64,000 nt of DNA, from contig MU619286.1 in NCBI GenBank assembly GCA_025201805.1, positions 1-64,000 on the forward strand. The letters are read 5' to 3'. Below, one piece after another: positions 11,011 to 25,700 of the stretch. Within the stretch, counting starts at the first letter, position 1; every line of letters begins with the position of its first letter. The notes below the pieces were generated by a model. It saw only the letters and a list, made by a program, of their open reading frames with translations. It was not told where the DNA came from and did not search any database. The translations under genes were made by a program, and so were the position numbers. The DNA comes from Parasitella parasitica NRRL 2501 (taxonomy: Eukaryota > Fungi > Mucoromycota).

Positions 11011-11433
11011 ATGAACATTTATCCCTTGTCCTATTCTTCATTAAATCAGCTTTTTGTCAAGTCAACTAGTGATTTAAATTGGATGCACCAAGCAATGTCG
11101 CTCAACAACAGTAATAGCTCTAGAAAACGCCAGGACCAAGAAGTCTGCAATGCGATCGACAAGTTCCAAAATGACCTGGATCACTTGTTTTATGAGTGGA
11201 ATACAATCAACATTGTATTAGAATCTACTCGAAACGCATTCACTGTCAATGAAAATTCATCTGAAGAGCATTTGGATCAAGTTGACAAGGAGCTGAGCAT
11301 AGCGTATGACGATTTGATGGCGCAAGTCAGACATCTGGATCGAAGACTAAATAAAATGACATTGGAAGTACACCAAAAGTTGCTTCAGCAGCCGCCATCT
11401 GTGTCACCACAACCCCCACTCAACCACTACTAA
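11011..11433 (+). CDS. Hypothetical helical/coiled-coil protein
   Basis: 140-aa ORF with heptad-like pattern and a TATA-like element at ~10866. Confidence 0.65.
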   Translation: MNIYPLSYSSLNQLFVKSTSDLNWMHQAMSLNNSNSSRKRQDQEVCNAIDKFQNDLDHLFYEWNTINIVLESTRNAFTVNENSSEEHLDQVDKELSIAYDDLMAQVRHLDRRLNKMTLEVHQKLLQQPPSVSPQPPLNHY

Positions 11434-12128
11434 TTATTTAGCCCCTTTAAGAACCCACACTGCCTATTATACGCTCCTTTCTTGTGTCGCACACTGTATT
11501 TTCATGTCCTATTTTATACATATTATTCTTTTTTTGTATATGCCTTGCTCTGCCATATATGTTTTCTATCTATGACTTATATGATGATTATCCAAACCAC
11601 AATATCTCTATGTATTTCTCCTCTCCAATTACCTATGCTGTCTATATATAAATAAATAAACATATACATATTAAACTTTGATTGGTATTCCCGAGTGTGC
11701 AGTGCAATGTAATGTATCCCAATTAAACCACCAATCATAATTGATCAATAATGGTACCTGAAAATGACATGTAAAATATTACTGTCTATCCATCCAAGAC
11801 GCAATATGAATACATTTATTGTGTAAACATGCTCTTATTATTTCAAGAGATCGTCGTTCAGTTTGCAATTTTACATATATTCGGCCAAAGGAACGGTTCT
11901 TTTTAGAAACAAGTCGGCCTAATTCAAGAACATCCCACTCGAGCTCCCGTAGCCCATCGATTGTATAGTATATGACGTTGATGCAACTTTACATATATAT
12001 ATATGTATTGCGAACTATGTATATGGCATCAGCTTTTTCTTTCTCTTTTTTATTTTACTTTATTTTATCTTATTTTTTAGTTTTTATTTTTTTATTTTAT
12101 CTCATCTAGTTATATACAAATAAACACC

Positions 12129-12920
12129 ATGGAGCCTTCATCAGCGTATGATGACAGAAGAAAGTCATCTTGTGCTACTATTGTTCCTCCCTCTCACTCG
12201 AAATTCAATGCAAGAAAAATATCCTTGATCCCACTTCAAATTAACACTTCTGGGACCAAGGCTCTGTTTTATGATACTGGGAGCATGGCCGAGATATCGC
12301 CTACCACAGTCGTATCCTTCAAGAAAGAACAAGCACAAAATACCCAGGAATCTAGGGACACTTGGATCCGAAAAATAAAGCTAAAACTAAAGCTGGAGAA
12401 ATGTCCAAAAAATACAGATAAAGGTATCCATTTCAATAACTCCCATACTCAAGAAAAGCAACACCAGCAGAACGATCAGAGCAGCAGGGTTGTCCGACAT
12501 TCTTATAGTGATCCTCGGCTTTCTCCGGGTTCTACTGCTGTAGGCGACGACGACGAAGAGCAGGAGGGTTATTTCACTTCAGTATCCAGAAAAAAGTCCA
12601 AGAAAACCCCTCGTGGATGGATTGCTGCTGTACTGATGATTGTTTTTGGAGCATTGATTGCGGTAACATTTGTCTTGGTAGGCCTTGGAAAAGCACTTGG
12701 TGGAAATAGTGATGCAGCGAGTATCCAAAGCAACTCTACTAGGACGCCATCCTCAAAAATAGCAACTCATAGTGGCATTTCAGTTGCTACAAGCAAATTC
12801 CTTGCTTCGCCAACTTCAATACCATCTTTATCAAGCAGCCCGAAAGAAGCTGTTGTGAAAGTGACAAAGGCCATTGCACTAATCCATAAAGTTATCAGTC
12901 CAACTCCTATTGCGTCTTGA
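12129..12920 (+). CDS. Hypothetical single-pass membrane protein with Ser/Thr-rich C-terminus
   Basis: 263-aa ORF, one TM helix (WIAAVLMIVFGALIAVTFVLVGL) after a basic patch. Confidence 0.7.
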   Translation: MEPSSAYDDRRKSSCATIVPPSHSKFNARKISLIPLQINTSGTKALFYDTGSMAEISPTTVVSFKKEQAQNTQESRDTWIRKIKLKLKLEKCPKNTDKGIHFNNSHTQEKQHQQNDQSSRVVRHSYSDPRLSPGSTAVGDDDEEQEGYFTSVSRKKSKKTPRGWIAAVLMIVFGALIAVTFVLVGLGKALGGNSDAASIQSNSTRTPSSKIATHSGISVATSKFLASPTSIPSLSSSPKEAVVKVTKAIALIHKVISPTPIAS

Positions 12921-14683
12921 TCCTTATAATATTAATGTAAATATACACATATATAATATCATAAAATGCGGGTTTGCTATCGGTATATACCTGATTGCTA
13001 ACTTGTCGCTGTCAATTAAACCGGTATTTCAACGGTGTTGATTGACATCATTTTCTCAATGCATCGTTGTTACATAAGCAAAATCACTTATATTCTATCA
13101 TGTTATTCTTCTTTGAAAGGCTGGCTGAAGAGATAATTGATTCAAATTGGGAATATAAAGCCCCTAAAATGAAAACCATCTTGTTAATCATTTGATGGCA
13201 ATTATGTCTTGATTCCAGGATTAGACATGTTGGATCTTGGCACAACAAAACAAAAGTACCGGATAAAAATTTTAGTGATTTCTCTCCATTCTCCTTATTA
13301 GTACTCTGTCCCCCACCCCCCCCCCCATTACTCCCGTTCAACCCCTAGAAACACAGGGACGTTTTTAATCCTTACACCCTTGGCATATGCATATGTATCT
13401 TTGCCGAGAGATCTGCACGATAGAGATGAATTAAAATACATGTGATTTTACAATGGACGCAATAGTTTTTAGTAAATTTTAATCAATTTTTCGGATCTGC
13501 AGATCGTTTGGGTTTAGTGGATTTACAGTCAAGCTGGTTGATTTTGGCAGTTTAAAAAAAATAAATGTCGTTAGTAAAAAAGTGAATGTCCTTTGGGCAA
13601 AAACAAATGTCACTAACCTAAAAAAAAACACCAGTATGCCAAAATTCATAATATAGGTTTGACTATATGCAATGTGCAATTATTAAGAATGAACTTTTTC
13701 ATTATACTTGTATCCATTTTAGAATGGAATACAAAATGTGATATGCTCCACAACTCATGTCGCCATAGGAGATATCTAGTCAGACCCACAGACTTACCTG
13801 TGATTCCCACAAACATTGTAGTAAACCCAATCTGTATACATGCCCAAAAAAAGAGCCCCCGAAGACCAAACTTCTCGTTTTATGGTTTGACGAAGAAGGG
13901 TGAGATTATTTGCATACAATATGTGATATCTTCACACAAATGAAAATTATGCTATGCATAAGCCGTAACTCAAGCCAAGAAATGAGCATATAGATCTGTA
14001 GCAACGTTATCAGCTTCTAAAACCGACCTTGCTACTTGCACCATCAGCATACAAGGAAGAGTAAACGAAGATTGACTGCAAGTTACTATCCTCAATGTAT
14101 CTATTCAGTGCACTTAGATATCTTTTTACGCTTTGGATTGTATAGTAATATACCTGTCTTGATGCCGCTCTGTTTAGATAATGTAAACAACATCGCTTCC
14201 TGTTATGTGAATTATCCGTAAAGAACTGTTACCAATATGCATATCGTAAAAGAGTGTAAAAAAAAAAAACTTGATATGCCCAGCTTTAAGCGTAAAGAAT
14301 TTTAAAAATGGGGTGTTTTCAAAGGTTTATCATTGATACACTAACCAATACTTGATTTTCGATATGTATTCTAGAGCAAAGAATCCCCTACACATTCATC
14401 TCACACTGCTTGAATTCATTGTGTTTCATCAGCGTCGGCATCTCGAAACAGCGAGAATTATGGTTAGATCTCTCATATGAAGCGAATGACTTGTCAGATT
14501 CCTTATGCTTGTGGGAGGGAGTTTTTTTATGTTTGTTAGAGTTGAAATTATGCTCTATTAATGCATAGTTGTCCTTCGCTTCAAGTGCAAATATCAAGCA
14601 TATGATTGGCCATACCGACCAACATACTCTTCTATTCATCACACTCTCTGAATACACAATGATTATGGCTTCTTATACACTAT

Positions 14684-15278
14684 TTATTTGAAAAACCAAT
14701 AATAGAAAAAAAACACAATACAGACAACAAATAGAGTCAAACAACACCACATTGATCCTGATTCTTTTGAGGCCATCATCTTGAAATTGTTCATTGTTTT
14801 TCCGAGTACAGATCCAGTATTTGAAAATTGATCATTCTACAAATGCTGTTAACGCATCGCTCTTTATCCATTCTCAGTTGACTCACCATTTGATCAATAA
14901 AGATATTTCCAGACCGTATTTCTTCTCCAATTTTACCAGTAATCTGCATACAATACACATTGTTACTTGCCACAACACTTCTAAACTTATCAAAAGCCCT
15001 ACATTTTTCAAAATGTTGACTTTTGCTGATAATCCAGATATTTCATCGTCATTTTGGCTCTCTAAATAGTCTAAGTCTTTATCATTCATGTCCAATGCAA
15101 CAGATTGCTGAGCTCCATGCGCACTTGTATCATCATGTTGCTGTGCTCCCGCGAATAAAGACGACCTGTTGTGTAAGTTTTGATAACTCCTATGGTAAAC
15201 TGTGAGCACGTGAAGCTGGATTACTAGGTGTGTGTTTAAGCACCTTACACTCCTTCTATTCCCAAACTGTCTCGACAT
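14684..15278 (-). CDS. BET1: Qc-SNARE Bet1/Sft1-like, multi-exon
   Basis: LESQNDDEISGLSAKVNILKN|ITGKIGEEIR...NDQFSNTGSVLGKTMNNFKMM plus a C-terminal TM ending YWFFK*. Confidence 0.88.
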
Positions 15279-15366
15279 TAAATAAGACCTGTTGAAGTAG
15301 AAAGAAGAAAGAAAGGCAATTTATTTAGAGAAAAAAAATAGGAGAAAGAGTGTATGTAGCATAATT

Positions 15367-16922
15367 TTACAAGGCTTTATGTGGTTTTAATTTGGAAGCA
15401 CAGGTAGCTGATTCTGTAGACCACATCTTGACCCAATCAATAGCTAAAGCACGCTTATTACCTTTACCCCAGGTGGACAGCCACTTTTTTTTTGCATTGT
15501 AGAATGCGTTAGGAGCATGAGGGTCATCGTTTTGCCATGGCTTGCTCTCATCTTCCGGCCAATAACCATTAACGCCACCAACAGCTAGATTGAGAATGAG
15601 ATAAAATTCTTGATCGAATGGTGCAGAGATATCGCCACCTTTCCAAGGATTCATAGTGGGCTTTGTAAATTCACCGCGTTGCCAAGACGTCTTGTCAAAG
15701 TCAACCTGCAAGATGGTTTCGTCGTCGACATACGTTCTGAGTCCTTCTTTGGTCCATTCTAATCCATAAGTATGAAAACTGTCTGCCCAAGTGGTGCCTC
15801 TTTTCGCCATCAGTTGCTCCGTAGTCAACATGTACTTGTTCTGATAAGTGTTGGGCCCCCAATGCAAGGTCGACATGATTGTGGACGTATTACCGTGAGC
15901 ATATCTAACATTTCCCTTCGACTCGAGCTATATGTACATAATATATAAAATACTTAGTATGCATATTTCAAACTTGTCCAGTTGTTCATAATTACAATAT
16001 CAATCTCACCTAATAAATGTATGTGGATTTTAGCTTACAATATAATGATTGTTGATTTTTTTTATTTCTTACCACTAGCTGGCCAACTGCCATACGCAGA
16101 ATATTTGGGGAGCATCCAAATGGCTGGCCTGTGGTACATTAGCTTTTTTTTTTTGTTTGTTTGACGAGAATAGCTTACCATAACCAATCTCCAGTGGGTA
16201 ATTTAGCTCTCACTTCGACTTTACCATATTTCAATGTAACCGAATCAATGGTTCTGATTCTAGCAGATTGGATAGGATTGAGATAATTTCCATCGGCTGC
16301 TGCACCTGATATTCTTTCACAGCCTATGTTTAAATATTATAAATTATTCTTGACGACTGATTGAATATTGCTGTATTTACCATAATTTGAATTGTCTAGA
16401 GAATAGTAGATATGCATATTAGCCACCGTGATATCATTCCAAGACAATCATCCTTACCAGTACAGTCTTCAGAAGGTGATCCCGAGTACAGATTCATTCT
16501 ACCACCATTTTTTAATGCTTCTTCGCCAATCGTGTCTGATGTCATTGTAGGTTTCAAGTATAGGATACCATCTTCAACAAAACTATTTGATCTGTTATTG
16601 GTGTAATATTGAAATTCCCAATTTCCACCTTTGTGTATGCATACAGTCAGAAAGGTTCCTTAATTGCACTGAATTATATACCTCCACTAAGACTGATTTC
16701 ATGTTGCCAATTCTTTAGATCGAACGTATTAAAATGATCCTCAAACACAAGGCAGTAATTGTCCTCAGAACCCAAAGCTTGAGCAGTAACAAAATTTGGC
16801 TCCAAGTTTGCTGCAGTTGATGCAGATGAGGATCTCATCGTATCATCAAATCGATACTCGAAGCCATAAGCTGAACTGGTCAACACAGCTAGTAAAATAC
16901 AATACGACGAATGAATAAACAT
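15367..16922 (-). CDS. Secreted GH16 beta-1,3-glucanase / glucan-binding-protein-like, multi-exon
   Basis: Signal peptide, LVFEDHFNTFD, NPIQSARIRT, GDWL|WPAIWMLP, WPASG|EIDI|LESKGN (catalytic EIDxxE), FHTYGLEWT and APFDQEFYLILNLAVGG. Confidence 0.9.
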
Positions 16923-18521
16923 TTTTGTTTAAATTTACTAAACAAAATTATAAAAAAGGCCATCTTATATATAATAAAGCAGACTGCATTGTTTATTCAT
17001 TCCTTCCAACTCGAGCTGTACAATGCAAATAAAATGTTTAATATGCATAAACATTGTTGAACTACTACGACCATATAAACACTGGAAGAAATTTAATTGT
17101 ATGCAAACCTATTTTAAATGACATGCAACCTATTTTTTTTATTCTGGCCAAATTTTCAGAGATATTATTATTGAATCGCAAGCTTCAAATTGGGCATGTC
17201 TTGCCTTGTACTCATCGATTTCGATTTGAATGTAGGTAACAAATCAAGCGCATTCTTCAAAATAAACAACCTGGCATTTGGAGACAACATATACTTTATT
17301 AACAGCAATTGCGAAAAATATGAGGCTCTACGAAAAGCAAACACCTATTTACAAATAACTAGCTTGATTTCGCAACTGCTGGTAACTGTCCATAATCAAG
17401 ATTATCCTCTAATGGATATTGACAGAACCTGCAAAGCCTATTTTCACTTCTATTCCGAACCATGTCCGGTATTTTACAACATTGATTGTGATTCGCACCA
17501 TAAACATGCGCAATTGTAAGGTGACATACTTTGACAGCCTTTTGTATATTTTGATCTCATGTTCCAACAAGGCAGGATAGTTTGTAGGCTTAGTCACCGT
17601 ATATAGTAATCCTTTATTATGAATATCTGTGCTTTTCCTTTCTTGATCTGAGCAAATGATGCTTGGCAAGCACCTCTGAAAAAAAGTAATTCGAACGAAA
17701 TCTGTTTGATGTTAAAATAATTACGCTACCACAATGAAAAAAATGCTATTGTGAAACATCTTTTGTTTTTTCTTCTTCTTTTTCCTTTCTTTTTTCTTTT
17801 GCATCTTTTCTGTGGTTTTCGTTTTATAAATGCATTGATCAAAGTGATATTCAAATCTCTTGTGATGACAGAATCATGTATATAGAAATTGCATGTTCTT
17901 TTTCGAGTGAAACTATCCTATTCAAAGAGTTTCACCCGAGCATTATTTTTTATCAAATGTTTTTTCCTTTCAATGATGATTGGCATTTGTGTCATATAAT
18001 TTTTTTTTCTTTTTATTCCTTCTCTTTTTTTGGTTTTGCATTGTACGGTTAAACATCCTCTTTTTGCTCAAACTCTCCAGTGTTTTATTTTTTTATTTTT
18101 CGTCAACTTTGGTATGTACTATATACTCTCACATGTCTAGTTATTGATGTACGACCATGCGTCTAACGTTATGGATCGGATATCAATTTTGAAATGGAGA
18201 GAGAACAATAAGGAATTTTTTAAACTGACCGCTTTTGCCCACTCTTTCAACTATTATATTCTCATACAACTTTTGGATTTCTTTTCTTCTTCTTTTTCAA
18301 ATTTCTTTTGTCATAAACAATGATAGTGAATATAATTTTTTATTAGTCTTCTCAATTGAATCAAGCGAATTTATCAAAGGTTTGTATATTTTTCTCGATT
18401 CTGCGACTGATTCGGCAGGTTGACATTTAATCACATTTTATTTGGTAGAATCAGCACACAAATTACAGCACATTACATTTAATAGGCACATTTGAGCAGA
18501 TATATCAAGAATTTAGTGGCC

Positions 18522-20209
18522 ATGTCACAAAGTAAGCATTACAATCCAAAGAGCATTAGATCGACAGGGTTTAATTTTAAATTTAAGGTTTCGATTTGCC
18601 GAATACAACAAATGCAACAACATCATCTACATCAGCGACAACGCCGCAAATACCAGCAATGATAGAAAGCAACGTCAACAAATGGATTCCCCAGCCATCC
18701 ACAAATATGTTTAAACCACCACAAATAATTGAATACGGTCCGTTGCAAGGCAAGGCTGGGGATAGCTATCGTGTTGATATAAACTTACAAAACTTGAACG
18801 CAAGTTTGTTGAGAATAGCATTCAATTCTTGTTTCACAGCATGTCATTTCGCACTAAATACGGTTACTCAAATCATTACAATCCATACAACCGTACCAAG
18901 TGCCACAATTGTCGCTTGCAATGACATGTCTAGAATTCCCATTTACATAGTGGTTGTACAAGAGGGCAAAATACTCGACAGTTGGTTCATTGGTTATTTT
19001 GCATATCAGGTCTCGAGAAAACGAGTTTCAACAGAGTTTGATCCTATAGTGGTGCATGCTGTGAACGAAGATTCTAAACGACCGAGGCCTGATCCGTTCA
19101 GTTTGGGCTATCAAAGCACTTCTTCATCACCTTCGCCTCAACAGCAAAACTATTACGCATTGTCTTCTCATCAGCAGCAGCATGCTCCCTATGTTGTGAT
19201 GCCTCCAACTCAGCCGTCACCAAGGCAACAAAGGGAGTTCTACGACGATCCTTCCATTTATGCAAACACCAACAATACTGGCTCAAATGTGGCTGCTGCT
19301 GTGGCTGCTGCTGCGGGCGTGTACAATACATCAACATCAACTGATCCAAACCAATTTCAGTCTTACAATCCCAACTATCCTCCTCTTTCGCAACAAACGC
19401 AAGATAACTACATGATGCCCAACATCATGGATTCAATATCGCAACCGTCGCAGCCACCTCCTCCCTCGGTGCCAGCAGCATCAACAGCTTCTTCAGTTAC
19501 AGCAGCAACAGTTCCACCTATTCAAATGAAACCAGCATTTCCATTACCGATATCTACCACACCAACAATGTCCCATAGTGCTGCTATGCCCAACGCAAGC
19601 ACGGCGACAGCATTACAGCAAACGTCGCCCACCAGCAATCCGTTTGCGAACCTCTTGAACAAGGCAAACCTGATTATCGAAGGCGATTTAGCTGATGTGC
19701 TAAAGGATTGGTCGCCTGAAGAATGGGAAAACCAGCGTCGATTAGTGCAGTTTTTTAGGAAGCAGGAGGGGAATGAGGTAACGTGTCGGTTTGAGACTTT
19801 TTGCTTGCCCGCAGAGAAATCCAAACAACCTGATATGAACAAGGTTATCGTTGTTTCATGCATCTACTGGGAAGATAAAAATGAATACTTTGTAACATCT
19901 GTGGATTGCATCTATCTTTTGGAGCATTTGATTGGTGTCAAATTCACTGTCGAAGAAAAGAACCGCATCAGGAGAAACCTCGAGGGATACAAGCCATTGA
20001 CTGTGAGTAAGATGAAGCCAGAATCCGCCGAATTCTTCAAACTGATCATGGGGTTCCCAAATCCTAAGCCAAGAAACATCGAGAAGGATGTCAAAGTGTT
20101 TCCGTGGACAACGTTAGGTATTGCATTGAAGAAGATTATCAGCAAATATACAGCAAGCTACAGTAGCACTGCCAGCGTCAATTACGACGTATTTCAACCT
20201 GAAAATTAA
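18522..20209 (+). CDS. MedA (Medusa)-like developmental transcriptional regulator
   Basis: C-terminal domain VSCIYW..YFVTSVDCIYLLE..FTVEEKNRIRRNLEG..PLTVSK..FFKLIMGFPNPKPRNIEKDVKVFPW. Proposed ATG 18522 with intron 18532-18587 joins in frame. Confidence 0.85.
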
Positions 20210-20307
20210 CAAAAATCTGGTTACAAACAACAACAATACGTACATATTGTTGCACTAATCCTACTACACAAACTATTGCTTAATACATAATACGTAATTT
20301 CTATTCT

Positions 20308-20364
20308 ATACATACATACATACATACATATATACATACATACATACATACTACATACTACATA
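20308..20364. repeat. (CATA)n microsatellite
   Basis: Imperfect tandem CATA units between two convergent genes. Confidence 0.9.
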
Positions 20365-20411
20365 CAGATATAATATATAATTCTTCTACTTACAACACGT
20401 AATAAAAACAA

Positions 20412-22413
20412 CTATGTTACAAATATTTTATTTACAATCATATACGAAGATATCAATTTCTTGATTTGCATTAAATACGGCGCGTTGGAAGCAAATGCAT
20501 AATCTGATCCATGTCCTACGTCGTTCAGTTTGTTACGCAGAACCTGGCTTAGCTCTGCAAGGTTGTCTACTGCTCTCTGCTTGACAGGCACATTAGCTGA
20601 GCAAGAGAGCATTTTAAGAATATCCAGACACATGGTAATCCAATGCAGCTCGATTCCACATGGCATCACTGTATACAATACCTTGAATATCTTGCTGGCT
20701 GCATCAGAACAGATGGACGTAATGATCAGGGCTCGATCTCCATCAATCCTCGAAAATACGGCTGCTGTCAGGTCGGTTTTGTGAGGCTTTTGCATTGTGC
20801 GAGACTGGAAGTTCATCCAATATATGTAGAACAAGAGGTTAAATCGAAGGACGCTGGCGTTGTTGCATGCCTCAGCACATTTCGGATCAAAAAGTCTGTA
20901 AGGCCCTGATCCTAGTCTTAGCGATTCGGGAACACTATCCCACAACTGCATCAGCGTATATTCCAGAAATTTGATAATATTTGACGGTACTGTGTCAATA
21001 ACACCTGCCATTAATCGAAGACCTAGGACTTCAGTGTCGCTGCCTGCTGAGTGTGTTGTCAATCGAGACACATAATGGTAGCAGAGCACGGCTTTTGTCA
21101 AGAAGTCGTCCTGCACTTCACAAGGCAATAATGAAGGCAGGTCAATATCTAAATGATGTGCAATGTTGGAAAAGTCGGTAACACCATCGTACGACATGCT
21201 GAAATTGAATTCAATAAATCGAGCAGCAAAAAACAATCGTCTCCATACTTCTGCGTTGATCATGATTTCCAGCGTGTCGGGCAGCGTTCGATGGAGATAG
21301 GTTGATTTCAGCTGAATCACCATTTGCCAGCATAAGCTTGATTGTATCCGAGCTTCTTTTTCTTTGAGCGATAGTCGGCTGACATAGCACATCACCCACA
21401 ACGCCAAGCATGTGTCAATGGAAGGCTCCTGGTCAAAGAGAGCATCCTGCAGCATCTCTTTGGCCTCCAGCCTGCATAATTCTGCAAACTGGATCCTTGA
21501 GAACGGCAATCCAATCATATCGATATGCGTGCAAGCTGAGAAGGCTACATACGATGCAATTGCTGTCGATAACAATGAGTCTGGACTTTTCTGCAATTTC
21601 CGATAATGCCATGTATGAATGAACACCGGGTTAAGCAACGCATAGCAGTTGAAATAAACCCAGATCATTTGTAATTTGAGATACTGAACTTGTTTTCGCG
21701 GCATTGCTTCGTCTGCATCTTGCGACAGCAGTGGCGGCGGCGGCGGCGGCGGCAGTGGCTCCTGCTGGAGACTGAATACTATTTGAAAAGCTTTTTCGAT
21801 TGCTAATGATTTGTGGGTGACCGCTAGCACTTGCTTTGAATCCCATCCTTCTGAGACATCTTGGTGGACTGGCAGTTTATCACCAAACACAAATGCAGAA
21901 AAGGCTTCTTGGATAAAAGACGAGAGATCAGATACAGATCGTATTGATGTTTGCAGTTGAATTCCACGACAGCTGTTTGAAATGGTCAGGTTCCAAGTTG
22001 CGGACGGTGGATTAGACGTAGGCAATAGTGATTTTATATGCTGACAAGCGGTGGGGGTTTGACACTGACAAGGCGTGCTAGTGCCATTTTGAAGCTGTGA
22101 TAGTTGCAATTGTACCATATCTGCCTCTTGATTCAAGAACCAGATCGTATCGAACAATTTGTTCCGCCTCGCTGGTGATATAACGCTTGGCTTGGCTGAT
22201 CTGCTTGGCTTTTCTGTTGATTTGAATATACACTCGAGACTAAGCTTGCTGCAACGTTCACACATGGAATTGTTCAAACTGACGCATTTTCGTCGATGTG
22301 TTCGACAATTCTCACCTATAGTCTAATTAGCCAATGTTCTGTTTGCTTTTGGAAAAACAAGCTTATATACATGGTTTATTTCTCTTTGGTCTAGCGTTGA
22401 AAGAGTCTTTCAT
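20412..22413 (-). CDS. Zn(II)2Cys6 fungal transcription factor
   Basis: Spliced N-terminus KPC|ENCRTHRRKC...CERCSKLSLEC gives six Cys. Middle region has an EVWRRLFF motif. Confidence 0.88.
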
Positions 22414-22710
22414 AATGTACATACAAAATAAAACTAAAAATAAAAAATAAATAAAATATTCATGTATAAAAGAAACTTTGTACTCCAATTCGGAATGGTG
22501 GGAAGCTTTATGTTCAAGTGAGTTTTCTCGGGGACGAATCAATGACAAGGATAGAAAGAATAGGCAGTAGTCTACACGTTTCGCTTGAGCCGCTTTTTTT
22601 CATTTGAATTTAGCACCCCCCCCCAGTTAGTTGACTTAATTCAAGCTGAACATTGTCACTTTTGGAAGCCCAAATCTTAAAAACTTGAGGCCCGCTTTAT
22701 TGACACATTT

Positions 22711-25700
22711 TTAGAGTTTGATTGCAAGTCTTTTCAACGGATATTTGCGTCTAGTCCACTGTCTTACAGGCCCTAAAACAATAAATCGCTCCCAAATGTG
22801 AACCAAGAGCATATTCCCAATAGAATAAGCCCAGAGTTGGTATCTAAATGATTTTGGTAAAACGTTATGACCCAGAGGATTGTTGTATGGCTCAATATAA
22901 AACGTAGGTTTCTGGTATCCAAGAGATACCAAGACATCCGGATTGCCACAATTCAGTCGTACCAAGCAGCCAAATCTATTTGGATCTACATACACACACA
23001 AAAAAGGGGTCGTTACTCCATAAGCCTACTGTAGCCTCTTGTAATGCGTTACCTGCCAATTCCCAGTAACTAACAATAGCAATAAACACTGCCCAAACAA
23101 TGATTAAAAAGTAATTGCGATACCATCTTTCTCTAAAAATGTATCCATAATTGAAAGTCATGGCACAGTTGATAAACTGGAATAGCGATATGAACGTCAG
23201 GATAACCGCCTCAAAACTGTCGCCCAGTAACCACCACTTGTATAAATCTGTTGCTCTTGCGTCCCATTCACGGCAACGGAAAAAATCATCTCTAGTATAA
23301 ATCCAGATAAAAGCACCGATCAAGAACCACGCATTGATCCACAGTTGGCCTAATACAGATAACAATACTTCAGGGCCTAAAATACGGGCAGTCGGACGAT
23401 GTCTTGAAAGCTGTTTAGCAGCACCGGCTTGAGTCACAGCAAACGCACAAAATACAGTGATGAAGGCGTCAATTAGAATAAAGTTCCACTGAGAAAACGA
23501 GATGGAATAGTAAAACGTACAGAATTTAACAGTTGCCATAGTCTCGCCATACATGATTAGATACTTGTAGCTAGCAAATGATGTTGCAAGAGCTGAACGA
23601 CCTTGAATTAACAAATCAACGCAAGCTTGAACAGACCGATTGGGGGTACTAAATGGAGACACAACGGACGCTTCTGCTTCTGACATGGCAATTCCTACAT
23701 GAGCAGACCTCAATGCACCACAATCATTGCCACCATCACCACACATGGCAGTAATTGCCCTTTCCATCAGCAATTCTACGCATTGCATTTTATCAACAGG
23801 TGACATTCTAGCAAATATACGGGTAGAAAATAGATAATCTCTCATTTTTCCAGTCGAGACTAATAACTGAAAGGCTTTACCAGTAATGGCTAATTCGCAC
23901 CCACTTGCAATAGCGGCTTCTATATTATGCACCGGATTTCCTGTATTGGAGTCTGCCCACACTACTTCATCGACACGATGTTTTCCCGAAATGACATCGC
24001 CCACGATAACAGTTGTATTTGGTGGAACAAGATTACACTGCTGACCGATAAATACGCCTGTCAAGGCATTATCACCAGTTATCATCACAACCCGCACATT
24101 GCCTTGTTTGATTTGCTGGATAGCATTGGCAGTATCTTGTTTCAACAAGTTTTTAAATAGCACTAGACCAATAAACTCCAAGTCTGATTCCAATTGATCG
24201 CGGGTCCACTGTGAAGCAAGTTGATCTTCTTGTTCCTTTGTCAGAATACCAAGGTCTCGATGAGCCATACCAAGTACATAACATCCAACTTTTGCATTTT
24301 GACTAGTAATTTCGTCAAAGTTGTTTGGCAAGCCCTTCACTGAAACATCAGCAATTCTTTCAAATGATCCTTTGCAAAACACATGGACACGACCCGTTGT
24401 CATATCTTTGACAGCAACCGACATGGATGCACGAGCATGCTGAAATTCAAACCGTTGAAGGACTTGCAATATCGGTGCATGTCGGTTTGCCGCTGTTGGT
24501 ATGATCATATCATGGCCAGATTCGTCACTACCCAAAGAAGCACTCGTTTCTTGAAACATGACCAAATCAACAGGATTTCCCACGTACTCTCCATTAACCA
24601 TGGTAACCGAATGACATGATGATAAGCCCATCTGTAGCAGGCGTCTGCTGGTATAGTGTAGCGAATCAACTTTACCAACATCCGATAAATCATCAAATGA
24701 CGAGTAAAGATCATTAAAGGTGCCATCATTTACCGGATAGACTCCATAATATTCCAATCCCTCTTTGGTTAAAGTACCTGTTTTGTCAAAGCAAAATACT
24801 TGCACTTTACCCGCCATCAATATTCGAGGAAAATCAACGCAAAAAACACCCTTCTTTTTCAGCCTTCCAGCTGCCACGGACTGGCCAATAACCAAAATAG
24901 CTATGCATACATAATTTTTTTGTGAACAAATATAAAGCCTTGTTGCTTCTTTTTATAATACCTGGAAGCAATGGGTTCATTACTTGAGCTGCACAAACAG
25001 TGCCATAAAACCAAGCTGTCATGCCACTTCCACCTAGCCACCAAGCACCAAATCCCAGCAAAACCAACGCCCATAGCAATAGGAGCAAAAAAACCAGCTT
25101 GAGCTGCTCGTTAAAGATGAAAGAAACTGGCTGAGGAAACAAGATTCTTTGCACTAGCTGTCCTTTATCAGTGTCTGTGCGAGTCTTTAGCACGAGTGCA
25201 ATAGCGTTGGAAGTGCATTGCTTGATAGTCGTGCCAGAGAACAAGCTATTCGTCTTGCCTGTAGAAGATTGGCAATCAAAATCCTTGGCTATGGCACACT
25301 CATCAGTTTGACGCAGTGGGAATTTTCTTATAGGTAATGGCTCGCCTGAATTATAAAAACGGCAGGTTTGATTATGATCAGCATAAAGATATAAACATAT
25401 TAAACACGCGTTACCTGTGAGTGAGCTTTCGTCGACAACAATATCCCCACACAAGATGGCAGCATCTACAGATACGATTTGACTCGCTTCCATTTTGATA
25501 ATATCCCCAGGCACCAACTCAGCAGTCGATAGGCTTGTCCAGACAGAGTCTCGTAGAGTCTGACATGTATCCACATGCTCTGCCATTTGCTTGACTCTTT
25601 TTTCTGATCTTAAGCGCACAAACACCTTGATCAATGCGGCTAATAAAATGACACAGGTATCAGAAATGCCAATTTGCCAATAAGCCAAATAGAAATAGCA

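Noticed and set aside
13309-13326. Poly-C/G tracts (also ~22616, 33807, 48853, 51470, 63508)
   Set aside because: Simple homopolymers in intergenic or intronic DNA with no further structure.
13300-14660. Exon-like hydrophobic fragments with splice-like signals on the minus strand
   Set aside because: Multiple stops and no recognisable family, so no gene model could be built.
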